Numbered from the stretch's first letter, positions 1 through 9,688 are shown. The stretch: 64,000 bases of DNA from Chloroflexota bacterium (GCA_963664835.2 CAXXUG010000011.1:69434-133433); one strand, 5' to 3'. The notes: generated from the sequence alone by a model not told the origin. Translations and numbers: made by a program.

Positions 1-21
1 AAATAGCGAGGATGTAGCAGA

Positions 22-828
22 ATGCGACTGACCGAGCAACAGATCAACCATTTCAATACCTTCGGATTCCTGACCTTCCGGCAATTGCTTTCAGCCGAGG
101 AGCTGAAGCGCATCGACCCCGAATATAATGCCGCAGTTGATTCCGTGCTGCCGCCCGGCACTGAATTCGATGGCAAAGCCAGGATTGGCCGCCAGTTCAT
201 GGATGTGGACACGCCTTCGCTAGCTGCCTTGGGCGACGATCCGCGATTTGCAGACGTCGCCGAGCAGTTGTTGGGCAAGGAAGCTATCTGCATCGGCATC
301 GCCGGCAACTACTATGTTGGCGACACGCGCTGGCACTCCGATAGTCGTAGCCTGGACTACGCGGGCGTAAAGTTCACTATCTATTTGGAACCGTTAGGCG
401 CGACCAGTGGCGCATTGCGGGTGATACCTGGCTCGCATAAGGAACCATTGTGGAGCCAAAGTAAAATCACGGAGGATACGGAACCAGTCTTTGGTGTACA
501 GCCGAATGAAATGCCGGCCTATGCCTTCGATTCCCAGCCGGGAGATGCGCTAGTCTTCCTGCACCCTCTCTGGCATTCGTCATTCGGTGGTGGCTCCAAA
601 CGCCGCATGATAGAGGTGAACTATTACGCCGATCCGGACACGCCGGAGGCTGTGGAAGCCTGGCGCGCACAGATGGCGTTTAACCACAGTTCTTCGACCG
701 AGGAGGGCCGGCACATGTACACGAAGTATTGGCGATCGATCGATGGCCCTCGCCACCAGTGGGGAATCCGGCGCATGGCAGAGATAGGCGTCCTCGACAC
801 GCCAGGGGTTGCACCAATCGATAGTTGA
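22..828 (+). CDS. Phytanoyl-CoA dioxygenase (PhyH) family Fe(II)/2-oxoglutarate oxygenase
   Basis: 268-aa ORF. It has the His-x-Asp context GDTRWHSDS and the distal HPLWHSSFGG..KRR typical of PhyH-type oxygenases. The N-terminal LTEQQINHFNTFGF is shared with the two other PhyH paralogs in this window. Confidence 0.8.
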   Translation: MRLTEQQINHFNTFGFLTFRQLLSAEELKRIDPEYNAAVDSVLPPGTEFDGKARIGRQFMDVDTPSLAALGDDPRFADVAEQLLGKEAICIGIAGNYYVGDTRWHSDSRSLDYAGVKFTIYLEPLGATSGALRVIPGSHKEPLWSQSKITEDTEPVFGVQPNEMPAYAFDSQPGDALVFLHPLWHSSFGGGSKRRMIEVNYYADPDTPEAVEAWRAQMAFNHSSSTEEGRHMYTKYWRSIDGPRHQWGIRRMAEIGVLDTPGVAPIDS

Positions 829-1161
829 TCAAGGGAATCACCCGGGCAGCCTGCGTGTTGACGAAATAGCGATGAATCATTAACATAAGCCGCATGTTGC
901 ACGTAGAAAGGTTGATCGACGAAGAAAGGGGATGACGGCCGGATAGGGTACGTCGAGCCCGCAACCCAGCGTAAACATAATCTGCTCAGTCAAATAGGCT
1001 TGCCTGAGAAGCCTGATTTTGGACAATTGGTTCAGGAGCGAGTATCACAGCGACGATCAGAAAGGGGGATGCCATTCGGACCAGATAAGTTCTGGTTGGT
1101 CTTTCCTGTGTGGTCGTGCAGCGATTAGCGCTTTTCAATCGATAAAGAGGAGAGGTTCTGC

Positions 1162-2649
1162 ATGGAGGCCAAATTGTTGTCTGATAAGTTTACCCGCCGT
1201 TCGTTTCTTGCCGGCCTGAGCGCCGCTGCGGCGCTGCCTATCCTGGCGGCCTGTGAGCCGCAGGTTGTTGAAAAGGTCGTCGAGAAGCCCGTCGAGGTGG
1301 TGGTCACCCAAGTCGTCGAGAAGGTCGTCGAAAAAGAGGTGGTCGTTCAGGAGGTCGTCGAAGTAGAGAAGGAAGTAGTCGTAGAGGTCGAAAAGGAAGT
1401 AGTCGTAGAGAAGGAAACGATCGTCGAGGTCCCAGCCGCAAAGGATCCGATCACGATTTTCTGGCTAGGCGGCGGGGGCGACACGCCCGCAGCTATGATC
1501 AAAGAATGGCAGGAGATGGGGAACGAGCACATCTCGTTTGAGGTGTTAGATCTTCCAGCATCAGAACTGTACATCAGGATCGAGACTGGATGGACGGCGG
1601 GCGCCGGTCCTGATATCGCCTTTACCGGCGGTGCGACGAAGCGTTACGCGGCCGCTGGCTGGGCCGTCTGGGTCGAGCCGTTCATGCCGAAGGGTGACTA
1701 TCACGACTTCTACAAGGTTGCAAGAGACTGCGTCAGCTGGAACGATAGAATGTACGCTTTCCCCTTCAGCTCGCACGGTCAGCCGTTGATGTTCCGCAAG
1801 GACGTCCTCGAGGAGGCGGGGGTTGACTGGACGCAAGCGCCGGAGACCTACGACGACATTCTTCAAATTGCCAAGAAGGTGCAGAAGAAGTCGGGCGATA
1901 CGTGGGAGATCATCGGCTACTGGATAAACTCGGATCCTGGCAAGGTCCACATGAGCCAGGGCTACGTCTACGGCAACGGCGGAGGCTGGGTCGAGGATGA
2001 TGATTCGGTCCTTATCGATCACCCCGGAACCATTAAAACAGTCCAGATGTTCAGCGATTGGTTGCTTAAGGAAGAACTGGGCCCTGCAGGCGGCCACCAC
2101 GAGGACGTCTGGGGCTCGAACTTCGCCGACGGTAAATTGGCGATTGTTCACACAGCCGTTCAAGTCGTCCGCAAGGTCGTCGAAAAGCTCGGCAACGACG
2201 ACACGGTCGGCGCCTGGCACATTCCCCCGGGCGACGTGAAGCGGTCGGCTTTCTCTTACCACAACAACTTCATGCCGCACTCGCGAAGCAAGGTATGGGA
2301 GGAGGCGACCAAATTCACCCAGTGGATAACCAACACTGACAACATGATCAGATTTAACGAAGTGGGTAGGGCTCCTATGCCCCGCATTTCAGCCACCGAG
2401 AAGGCGGAGTATACGAAGGACCCCCGCTGGCAAATTGCCCTGGAGGCCGCCGGCGTCTACGGCGACAACGAGGGCAAGAGCCGCTTCTCGATTCCGATCC
2501 GCGACCATATAATAGAGCCGGCGATGACGAGGGCATTCTTCGGCCAAATGTCGGCGGAGGAAGCGATGACCGGGGCCGCCAACGAGGCGAGAGATTTGAT
2601 CGAGAACGAGCTCAAAGTCTGGGATCGAGACATAGAGCAGAAACGGTAA
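1162..2649 (+). CDS. ABC transporter extracellular solute-binding protein (family 1, sugar/CUT1-like), TAT-signal lipoprotein
   Basis: Twin-arginine motif FTRRSFLAG and lipobox ILAAC at aa 27-31. A ~64-aa V/E/K low-complexity tether follows, then an SBP_bac_1-like body. An AGAGGAGAGG Shine-Dalgarno lies upstream of the ATG. Confidence 0.88.
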   Translation: MEAKLLSDKFTRRSFLAGLSAAAALPILAACEPQVVEKVVEKPVEVVVTQVVEKVVEKEVVVQEVVEVEKEVVVEVEKEVVVEKETIVEVPAAKDPITIFWLGGGGDTPAAMIKEWQEMGNEHISFEVLDLPASELYIRIETGWTAGAGPDIAFTGGATKRYAAAGWAVWVEPFMPKGDYHDFYKVARDCVSWNDRMYAFPFSSHGQPLMFRKDVLEEAGVDWTQAPETYDDILQIAKKVQKKSGDTWEIIGYWINSDPGKVHMSQGYVYGNGGGWVEDDDSVLIDHPGTIKTVQMFSDWLLKEELGPAGGHHEDVWGSNFADGKLAIVHTAVQVVRKVVEKLGNDDTVGAWHIPPGDVKRSAFSYHNNFMPHSRSKVWEEATKFTQWITNTDNMIRFNEVGRAPMPRISATEKAEYTKDPRWQIALEAAGVYGDNEGKSRFSIPIRDHIIEPAMTRAFFGQMSAEEAMTGAANEARDLIENELKVWDRDIEQKR

Positions 2650-2671
2650 ACGTCGCGGCCCCGGTAGAATA

Positions 2672-2711
2672 GAAGCAGACCCTCTCAGTTCACGCTAAGA
2701 GGGTCTGCTTC
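2672..2711 (+). terminator. Perfect 14-bp stem-loop just downstream of the SBP gene (attenuator or mRNA-stabilising hairpin)
   Basis: GAAGCAGACCCTCT (2672-2685) pairs with AGAGGGTCTGCTTC (2698-2711) around a 12-nt loop. A GGTTTTGGGTTTT tract starts about 12 nt further downstream rather than abutting the stem. Confidence 0.4.
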
Positions 2712-3096
2712 AGATCAAACCGGTTTTGGGTTTTGACGCTTCGCGCTGAAGGTTGGGCCTGGAACAGGCGGCAGGATCGTATTTCCCTCACGTCTCCGCG
2801 CCGGCAAGGTTTCCAAGAGTCACCAGAGGATCGCCTGGGGAGATGCTGACCTCGCTTCGACGAGACTGAGGATCGGGTCAACAAGCGCGACACAGTGGTA
2901 CAGCTCTCGTGTTGGAGCTCGGGCGAGCTTCGCTGGCCCTGAAATCCGGTGGGCGTACCCCCGGGGAAGTGCGTCAACCGCATAGGGATTAGGGATGTCT
3001 TAATCGGACCACCCCTTTTCCTGTCGCAGTCGATTCATGTCTGGACGAACGCCTGGTTCATACATTCCTGGCGGCGCGTCCTTAAGAGGTGTCGGA

Positions 3097-4032
3097 ATGG
3101 CGATATCGGCGGCAGGGTATAGAAGCGCGCTGTCGCAGTGGCGTCGGCGCCACTGGAGTTACCGTCCCGCCGAGGTGCGGGTCGCGCTGTTGTGCTTGTC
3201 CATCACGTTCGTAGGCATTTTCTTCTTCTCGGTGATCCCGGTCCTGGCGTCCATTTACCTGGGCTTTACCGACTTCAATCCCCTGAGAGACTCCCGGCCG
3301 TACTGGACCGGCCTGGACAACTACGTGCGCCTGCTGGACGACAGCCGCTTCATCAAGGCGGTCGGCAATACCCTCTACTACTACGTCTTCGCGGCGCCCC
3401 TTACCCTCGGTCTGGGTTTGATCGCGGCGCTGGCCTTCAACCGCCAGATCCGGGGAATGGCCTTCTTCCGGATCACCTACTACACTCCCACCCTGGCCTC
3501 GATGGTAGCCGTGTCTCTGTTCTGGTTGTGGATATTCAACCCAGACTACGGGCTACTCAATGCCTTCATAGGTGTGTTCGGTTTCAAGCCAGTCCGCTGG
3601 CTCTTGAGCCCTGACTCGGCGATGCCAGCAATAATCATCCTATCGGTGTGGAAGGGCGCCGGGTTTGCGATGATTATCTTCTTGGCCGGCCTGCAGACCA
3701 TCCCCCAGCATCTCTATGAGTCCTCTGAGATTGATGGCGCGAACCGCTTTCAGCGTTTCATCCACGTCACCTGGCCGCTCCTGCGCCCAACCACGGCCTT
3801 TCTGTTCATAACCTTTACTCTGGGAGCGTTCCAGGTCTTCGAGCAGGTCTTCGTGCTTACCAGGGGTGGTCCGGCCGAGGCAACGACGACGATCGTCCAT
3901 CAGATCTACGCCCGGGCTTTCAGTTACCTGATGATGGGTTACGCGTCGTCTCAGGCGACTCTTCTGCTGCTGGCGTTGTTGGTGATAACCATAATCAACA
4001 TGCGCCTGTTGGTGCGCGACATTGAGTACTGA
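3097..4032 (+). CDS. ABC transporter permease (MalF/UgpA-like)
   Basis: Polytopic membrane ORF with EAA-loop-like SSEIDGANRFQRFIHVTWPLLRP. The start is set at ATG 3097 (AGAGG SD). The ORF is open from 3037. Confidence 0.85.
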   Translation: MAISAAGYRSALSQWRRRHWSYRPAEVRVALLCLSITFVGIFFFSVIPVLASIYLGFTDFNPLRDSRPYWTGLDNYVRLLDDSRFIKAVGNTLYYYVFAAPLTLGLGLIAALAFNRQIRGMAFFRITYYTPTLASMVAVSLFWLWIFNPDYGLLNAFIGVFGFKPVRWLLSPDSAMPAIIILSVWKGAGFAMIIFLAGLQTIPQHLYESSEIDGANRFQRFIHVTWPLLRPTTAFLFITFTLGAFQVFEQVFVLTRGGPAEATTTIVHQIYARAFSYLMMGYASSQATLLLLALLVITIINMRLLVRDIEY

Positions 4033-4064
4033 ATCCACGCGAGAGGTGACGAGAGCAGGCTGAT

Positions 4065-5006
4065 ATGGCACGGTCGACAGCACGAACCGAAGCGAGCGGC
4101 TACCTGACAGTACGGCTCCCCTGGTGGCGAAAGGTCAGTGCGGGATTTACCCTAGCCATGACAGCGGCCGTGCTCGGCGCGGCGATCATGATGGTGCCGT
4201 TTGTCTGGGGCGCCCTCACGTCGTTCAAACCCAGTGGTGAATATCTCAGTATCCCGCCAACCTGGCTTCCCGAACAGTGGACGCTCGATGGGTACGAGCT
4301 TGCCCTCTACCGGGGCGGTTTGCTAACCGGCCTCAAGAACTCCTTCATCGTCGCGGGAATCAGCACCGTTCTGATGGTTCTGAGCGCAGTGCTGGCTGGG
4401 TACGCCTTCGCCAGATTGCGTTTCCCCTTCAGCCGGGTGATCTTCCTGATCGTCTTGGCGACGATGATGATTCCCTGGCCGGTGACGCTGCTTCCCTTGT
4501 TCATCATGATGGTGAAGTTCCCGCTGGCCGGCGGCAACGACATCTTCGGCTCGGGCGGCCGAGGGTTAGTGGATACCTACGAGGGCCTAATCCTGCCAAG
4601 TCTGGGTTTCGCGTACGGGACCTACCTCATGCGTGAGTTCTTCAAGGCGCTGCCGGCGGAGTTGGAGGATGCGGCGCGTGTCGATGGGGCCGGGGAGCTG
4701 AGAATTCTGTTTCAGATCATGGTGCCTCTCAGCAAACCAGCGATGGCCGCCCTATCCATCATCGCGTTCCAGAACAACTGGAACAGCTTCATCTGGCCGC
4801 TAGTCATGACTAATAAGCCGAGTATGGCCGTCGTCCAGATCGTACTCCAGCAACTCCAGTTAATCTCGTCACCGGGGGAAAGGTTGTTCGTCCGCTGGGA
4901 TGCGGTGAATGCCGGTGGTATGATTTCGCTGATACCCCTGGCGATCTTCTTCCTATTCTTCCAGCGATACTTCATCAGAGGCATCGCCATGACCGGCTTC
5001 AAGTAG
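4065..5006 (+). CDS. ABC transporter permease (MalG/UgpE-like)
   Basis: Polytopic membrane ORF with EAA loop EDAARVDGAGELRILFQIMVPLSKP. It lies 32 nt after the preceding permease. Confidence 0.85.
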   Translation: MARSTARTEASGYLTVRLPWWRKVSAGFTLAMTAAVLGAAIMMVPFVWGALTSFKPSGEYLSIPPTWLPEQWTLDGYELALYRGGLLTGLKNSFIVAGISTVLMVLSAVLAGYAFARLRFPFSRVIFLIVLATMMIPWPVTLLPLFIMMVKFPLAGGNDIFGSGGRGLVDTYEGLILPSLGFAYGTYLMREFFKALPAELEDAARVDGAGELRILFQIMVPLSKPAMAALSIIAFQNNWNSFIWPLVMTNKPSMAVVQIVLQQLQLISSPGERLFVRWDAVNAGGMISLIPLAIFFLFFQRYFIRGIAMTGFK

Positions 5007-5051
5007 GAATCCTCGGTCTGTTCAATAGGACTTGCGCGGAGAGAGCAAGAT

Positions 5052-5270
5052 ATGGTCTTTGGACGGTTCGCCAGCACACATAAAGAGATGCGGCGACAGT
5101 GCGGCCATGCCTTTGCGAGCCTCTCGCTTCGACGTTTACAGGCGTTCGGCGCCTGGTCGCCGGAGACACCTGGCGGTTTGACTCTCAGGTCTGCAGGTTG
5201 GAATCGGCGCTGGAATTCGTCACCGGATTTTCGAAGTTGCCAACCGGAATTCGATGGCGTCTGAAATAGC
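5052..5270 (+). pseudogene. Remnant of a third C45 (acyltransferase-like Ntn hydrolase) paralog: N-terminal ~65 codons, frameshifted and truncated
   Basis: MVFGRFASTHKEMRRQCGHAFASL...AWSPETP aligns with the N-termini of the two intact C45 genes (MLFGRFSGTHFEMGRQHGQAFASL / MRFERFSGSHLSMGIQRGKAF...SWSPEAQ). A second frame continues the homology (DSQVCRLESALE versus DLLFTKFESALS). The remnant ends where the halogenase-like gene begins. Confidence 0.55.
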
Positions 5271-7134
5271 CGCAGCCAGGTCGAATGAGTACGACGTAGT
5301 GGTGATAGGCGGTGGGCCCGCCGGCTCTACCGCGGCCTCGTTGCTTTCACAGCGGGGACGCCGGGTCCTGCTTCTCGAAAAAGAGAGCTTCCCGCGCCAC
5401 CACGTTGGCGAGTCTCTCCTTCCAGGCACCATCGAGGTCATGAAGCAGCTTGGAGTGCTTGAGACAGTCAAGCAAGCCGGCTTCGTACCCAAGTACGGCG
5501 CTACTTACGTTTGGGGAAAATCACGACAACCTTGGTCGGTCCAGTTCCGTGAGGTCACTAATAAGTCGGGCCTTGACAGCGACAAGCCTGACCAGTCCTT
5601 CCAGGTAGATCGATCCAAGTTCGATAAGATTCTCCTGGACCACAGTCGGGAATCTGGCGTAAAGGTCCTGGAAGGGTGCCGTGCCACCAGCGTTGATCGA
5701 GACGAGCAAAGCGTAACCCGGGTCGGTTATGTGGACCAGTCGGACGTCCCACGAGTAGCCAACTGTCAATTCTGTGTAGACGCTTCTGGCCAAAGTAGTT
5801 TGCTCGGGAATAGCCTGGACCTTCGGGAATTCAACGAATCGCTTAGAAACATCGCGCTGTACGGCTACTACCAGGGCGGACGTCCGTTGAGTGACCTGGT
5901 CCCGAACCCGGATCCCAAGAGCAACGGAAACATCTTCATCGCCGCAACTGAAGCCGGCTGGATCTGGTACATACCACTTGGCGGCGGCCGGTACAGCGTG
6001 GGACTGGTCACCGACGGCTCATCTTCTGGGGAGATAAATCGCGTAGGTCGCTACAAGTTCTATCGGGACAGTTTGGATAGTACTCGTGAGATTGCGTTCC
6101 TGCTGGAAGACGCCCAGATTGAGTCCGAATCACTTCATACGTTGAGCGACTGGTCATACATCTGTCGAAAGTTTTACGGGCCGGGATATCTGTTGGCAGG
6201 TGATGCCGCCGCCTTCATAGACCCGATTCTTTCGACTGGGGTCCATTTAGCGATGGATGGTGGCCGTCAGGCAGCGCTCGCTATCAACACGTCCCTATGC
6301 GATGCCGATCTGACGGACCAGGCTATGCAATGGTACGAGGAAGGATACAGGTCTAACGCGTCCAATTATCTACAGATGGCTGAGCACTGGTACCTCGGTC
6401 ATCGGAGTCAGACAGGGTGGTTTTCCGCCGCCAGGAACCTGGTGGATCCAACCTCTAATTTGTCCATCAGACAGGCATTTGTTCACGTGGCCGGCGGCTA
6501 CAAGTCCGACCTGTTGCCGTTCGCTGGATATCCCACTGACCAGTTGAAGACCATGTACTCGAACTTCGATAGCGCGTTGCCGAAGAGTGTCGAAGAACCT
6601 GTCGCTGTACCTATAAGCGACGGGTCGGGCAAGGTGCTGTTCAAGCGACAAGGAGAGCTTGAAGAAAGCCGTCCACGATTCCAAAAAGGCGTCAGTTATC
6701 GCGCAACGTTGGGTGCCCGTAAGTCGACCGATACGACGCTAGCTCCGCTAGTCCAGGTCGAGCAAGAGGCGGAGGGCGTAACCTGGCGAAAACGTGTCCT
6801 TTCGGTTGAGTCGTTGGGTCTGCTGCAGAAAATCGATGGGACTCGCACGGTCCGGCAGATCGTGGACGAGCTAATGGGCGGGAACGGCGCCGGCGGGGAT
6901 CGCTTCTTCCGAGAAGTGAGACGACACTATCTGGTCGGGCTCACCAAGAAGCTCTACGACGGGGGCATCATTACTTCGACGATGCCTGGCCGGCGCCGGG
7001 CCAAGCGAAAGGGCATTGCCGTAAGTGCTGCCGGAAGTCCGGCGGCTAGACGTAGCATCGGTCGCAACGACCCTTGCCCTTGCGGTAGTGGAGAGAAGTA
7101 CAAGCGTTGCCACGGGCGCTCGAGATCACGTTGA
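5254..7134 (+). CDS. Flavin-dependent halogenase-like monooxygenase fused to a PqqD/RRE-like domain and a C-terminal SEC-C zinc motif
   Basis: GGGPAGS dinucleotide fold (aa 19-25) and Lys80 in FVPKYG. The halogenase signatures are GWIWYIP (WxWxIP, aa 235-241) and FIDPILSTG (aa 321-329). A PqqD-like segment LLQKIDGTRTVRQIVDEL...LYDGGII spans aa ~505-575. The basic tail ends in DPCPCGSGEKYKRCHG (nt 7069-7116). Confidence 0.78.
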   Translation: MASEIAAARSNEYDVVVIGGGPAGSTAASLLSQRGRRVLLLEKESFPRHHVGESLLPGTIEVMKQLGVLETVKQAGFVPKYGATYVWGKSRQPWSVQFREVTNKSGLDSDKPDQSFQVDRSKFDKILLDHSRESGVKVLEGCRATSVDRDEQSVTRVGYVDQSDVPRVANCQFCVDASGQSSLLGNSLDLREFNESLRNIALYGYYQGGRPLSDLVPNPDPKSNGNIFIAATEAGWIWYIPLGGGRYSVGLVTDGSSSGEINRVGRYKFYRDSLDSTREIAFLLEDAQIESESLHTLSDWSYICRKFYGPGYLLAGDAAAFIDPILSTGVHLAMDGGRQAALAINTSLCDADLTDQAMQWYEEGYRSNASNYLQMAEHWYLGHRSQTGWFSAARNLVDPTSNLSIRQAFVHVAGGYKSDLLPFAGYPTDQLKTMYSNFDSALPKSVEEPVAVPISDGSGKVLFKRQGELEESRPRFQKGVSYRATLGARKSTDTTLAPLVQVEQEAEGVTWRKRVLSVESLGLLQKIDGTRTVRQIVDELMGGNGAGGDRFFREVRRHYLVGLTKKLYDGGIITSTMPGRRRAKRKGIAVSAAGSPAARRSIGRNDPCPCGSGEKYKRCHGRSRSR

Positions 7135-7320
7135 TTCGTCCTATCGTCAGGTCCAATGCGGCAGGCTTGATCGTGATGCTAACGGTCGACGGTTTCGGTT
7201 GGCCGGCAGCTCACGTTGGCCTCAGTGCGTTCGAGGCTTGCCCCTAGATTTCAGACGAGCGCAATCGATAGAGGCGACGGTGGAATTCGATGTTACTATG
7301 CGATCAAGGAGGGGGAACAG

Positions 7321-8373
7321 ATGCTTTTCGGAAGGTTTTCGGGAACCCATTTCGAAATGGGACGACAACACGGCCAGGCCTTTGCTAGCCTGTTGAGCCA
7401 GAACCGGGATGCGTTGCACACGGTCTCGCCGGAGGTTCGTCAACAGCAGGACTTGCTTTTCACCAAGTTTGAATCGGCATTGAGTAGGACCGCTCCGGAG
7501 CTGATCGAGGAGATGCGGGGCATAGCCGAGGGAGCCGCACTTTCTTACGAGGACGTGGTACGGCTGAACTTTGCTGAGGAAGTAGGCGGAGGCAACCTCG
7601 GATGCTCCCAATTTGGCATAGTCGCGGCCGACGGCAGCGCGGTCATGGGTAAGAATGAGGACCACGGATTCGGTCTCCGCACATACGTTGTAACCGAGCT
7701 GCATCCTGACAACGGGTATGCCCAGGTGCACGTTGGCGCCGTGAACTGGGTAGTTAGCTCCGGAAGTGGGATCAACGAAGCGGGACTGTGTGTTGGCCAA
7801 TCCTCGCTTAACGTCACAAGTGAAGCCGATGGCGTGCCCCGGTTGACGATGCTGCGACTAGTCTTGGAGCGCTGCGAGACAGTATCGGAGGCCGGGGAGC
7901 TTCTCAGGACGAAGACCGGTGGGATACGAGGGTTGAACTTTTTGATGGTGGACGCGAACGGAGATATGGCCGTGGTAGAGAGTGCTCCGTCACTGTGCGC
8001 CGTGCGCCAGACCGAGGATTGCGCAATCTGGGCATCGAACCATCCTGTCGATCCCAAGATGCGGGCGGTGGAGAGGATAATCGTAGGTACCGAGACGGAC
8101 CTAGAGCGAACGCTTGCAATGGATGCGAATTCACGGCAACGTTTTGGCAGACTTAGCGCTCTCGCGCGTGATCACGCTGACCCGCCGGGGCACGATGAGG
8201 CCCGCCGGTCGGTGGAGAGCGTGATCCGGTCCCACGGGCCGGGTGGCATGTGTCAGCACGGGCTAATGCAGACTACCTGGTCGGTATTGATGGACGCTCG
8301 CAACCGGGAGCTACTGCTGGCGGATGGGTATCCTTGCACGACAGCCTGGGAACGCTTCAGCCTCGCAAACTGA
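7321..8373 (+). CDS. Peptidase C45 family (acyl-CoA:6-APA acyltransferase-like) Ntn hydrolase, paralog 1
   Basis: An AGGAGGG SD precedes ATG 7321; the ORF is open from 7216. The putative autoprocessing site and nucleophile is GNLG|CSQFG (Cys codon 7603-7605). It is about 60% identical by eye to the downstream paralog. Confidence 0.78.
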   Translation: MLFGRFSGTHFEMGRQHGQAFASLLSQNRDALHTVSPEVRQQQDLLFTKFESALSRTAPELIEEMRGIAEGAALSYEDVVRLNFAEEVGGGNLGCSQFGIVAADGSAVMGKNEDHGFGLRTYVVTELHPDNGYAQVHVGAVNWVVSSGSGINEAGLCVGQSSLNVTSEADGVPRLTMLRLVLERCETVSEAGELLRTKTGGIRGLNFLMVDANGDMAVVESAPSLCAVRQTEDCAIWASNHPVDPKMRAVERIIVGTETDLERTLAMDANSRQRFGRLSALARDHADPPGHDEARRSVESVIRSHGPGGMCQHGLMQTTWSVLMDARNRELLLADGYPCTTAWERFSLAN

Positions 8374-8641
8374 AGGTAGTCGTTGGGAGGGTCTGAGTTC
8401 TCCTGGGCTTCGACTTCCATCGAATTGAACTGGTCGGCTGTGACTTGGTCCGAGTGCCGGCCGGGGGCCGAGCAATCTAGGCCTAGGAGAATCGTCCTGA
8501 TCTCCCCTTCGCGGGGAGGGAAAACGATACCGTCCTCCGCAGCTCTGGTGGAGATAATGATGATGACGACTGAAGCTGGATCCAGCCTATTCAACAGTTC
8601 GCAATCGCCAAGGCACTGAAGTTAGTCGGAGGTAGAGTAGT

Positions 8642-9688
8642 ATGCGTTTCGAACGCTTTTCGGGTTCGCACCTGAGTATGGGGATTCAGCGCGGCAAGGC
8701 CTTTCGAGACCAGTTACAACAACGCAGCCATACCATCGATTCCTGGTCGCCTGAAGCCCAGGATCGAGTCGACTCTCTAGTCAGAAGGTTCGGGTCATCG
8801 CTGAGCGGTTTCGCTCCGGAACTGATTGAGGAGATGCAAGGCATCGCCCAAGGCGCCGGATTGAGCTACGAGGATGTCGCGCGCCTCAACTTCTCGGAGG
8901 AGATCGGAATACCCATCGGTTGTTCCCAGGTTGGACTCGTCAATCGCGATGGCGACGTGATGATGGGCAAGGCGGAAGACGCCGGATTCTCGCGAACGTA
9001 CGTGGTTACCGAACTCCATCCCGATCAAGGCTTCGCTCAGATTCACGTCGGTGCGATCAACTGGGTAGTCAGCTCCGGCAGTGGGATCAACGAGGCCGGC
9101 CTTTGTATCGGCCAATCCTCCCTTCGCATCTTTGACGAGGCGGAGGGAGTGCCCAGGTTGACGATGCTGCGCTTGGCACTTGAACGCTGCGCCACGGTAT
9201 CTGAGGCCTCAGAGCTTATTGAGACTGCGACCGGCGGCATCAGGGGTATGAACTTTCTGATGGTGGATGCAAAGGGCGAGATGAGGGTCATCGAGCGCTC
9301 CCCTTCGCTGTGCGCAGTCCGTCAGCCGGCGAATGGCGCGATCTGGGCTACCAACCATCCGGTTGATCCTCGAATGCGGGCAGTGGAGCACATAATCACC
9401 GGCGCTGAGCCGGATTTCGAGCGCGATCTTGCCTACGAGGCCAACTCGCGACAGAGGTTCGGCCGGCTTGATCATTTGACCCGCGACGAGGTGGATGGGC
9501 TCGGAGTGAAGGAATCACTGCAGAAGGTGATGACCTCACACGGGCCCGGTGGTGCCTGTCAGCACGGCGTTATGGAGACTACCTGGACGGTCATGATGGC
9601 CCCGCGCAGTCGCGAGTTGTGGCTGTCGGACGGACCGCCCTGTCGCAATCCGTTTGAGCTCTACTCTTTCAGCGGAAGACAACGGTAG
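8642..9688 (+). CDS. Peptidase C45 family Ntn hydrolase, paralog 2
   Basis: GGAGG SD. Nucleophile context IPIG|CSQVG (Cys codon 8921-8923). The stop TAG (9686-9688) abuts the ATG of the first GH2-like gene. Confidence 0.78.
   Translation: MRFERFSGSHLSMGIQRGKAFRDQLQQRSHTIDSWSPEAQDRVDSLVRRFGSSLSGFAPELIEEMQGIAQGAGLSYEDVARLNFSEEIGIPIGCSQVGLVNRDGDVMMGKAEDAGFSRTYVVTELHPDQGFAQIHVGAINWVVSSGSGINEAGLCIGQSSLRIFDEAEGVPRLTMLRLALERCATVSEASELIETATGGIRGMNFLMVDAKGEMRVIERSPSLCAVRQPANGAIWATNHPVDPRMRAVEHIITGAEPDFERDLAYEANSRQRFGRLDHLTRDEVDGLGVKESLQKVMTSHGPGGACQHGVMETTWTVMMAPRSRELWLSDGPPCRNPFELYSFSGRQR

Noticed and set aside
1255-1446. Short GTCGTCGAGAAG-like tandem repeats, considered as a CRISPR or minisatellite.
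   Set aside because: The repeats are imperfect, have no unique spacers, and are in frame within the SBP gene. They encode the V/E/K tether.
8383-8619. A 78-aa ORF in the spacer between the two C45 genes.
   Set aside because: It has no SD, atypical composition and no homology. The 268-bp spacer is more likely regulatory.
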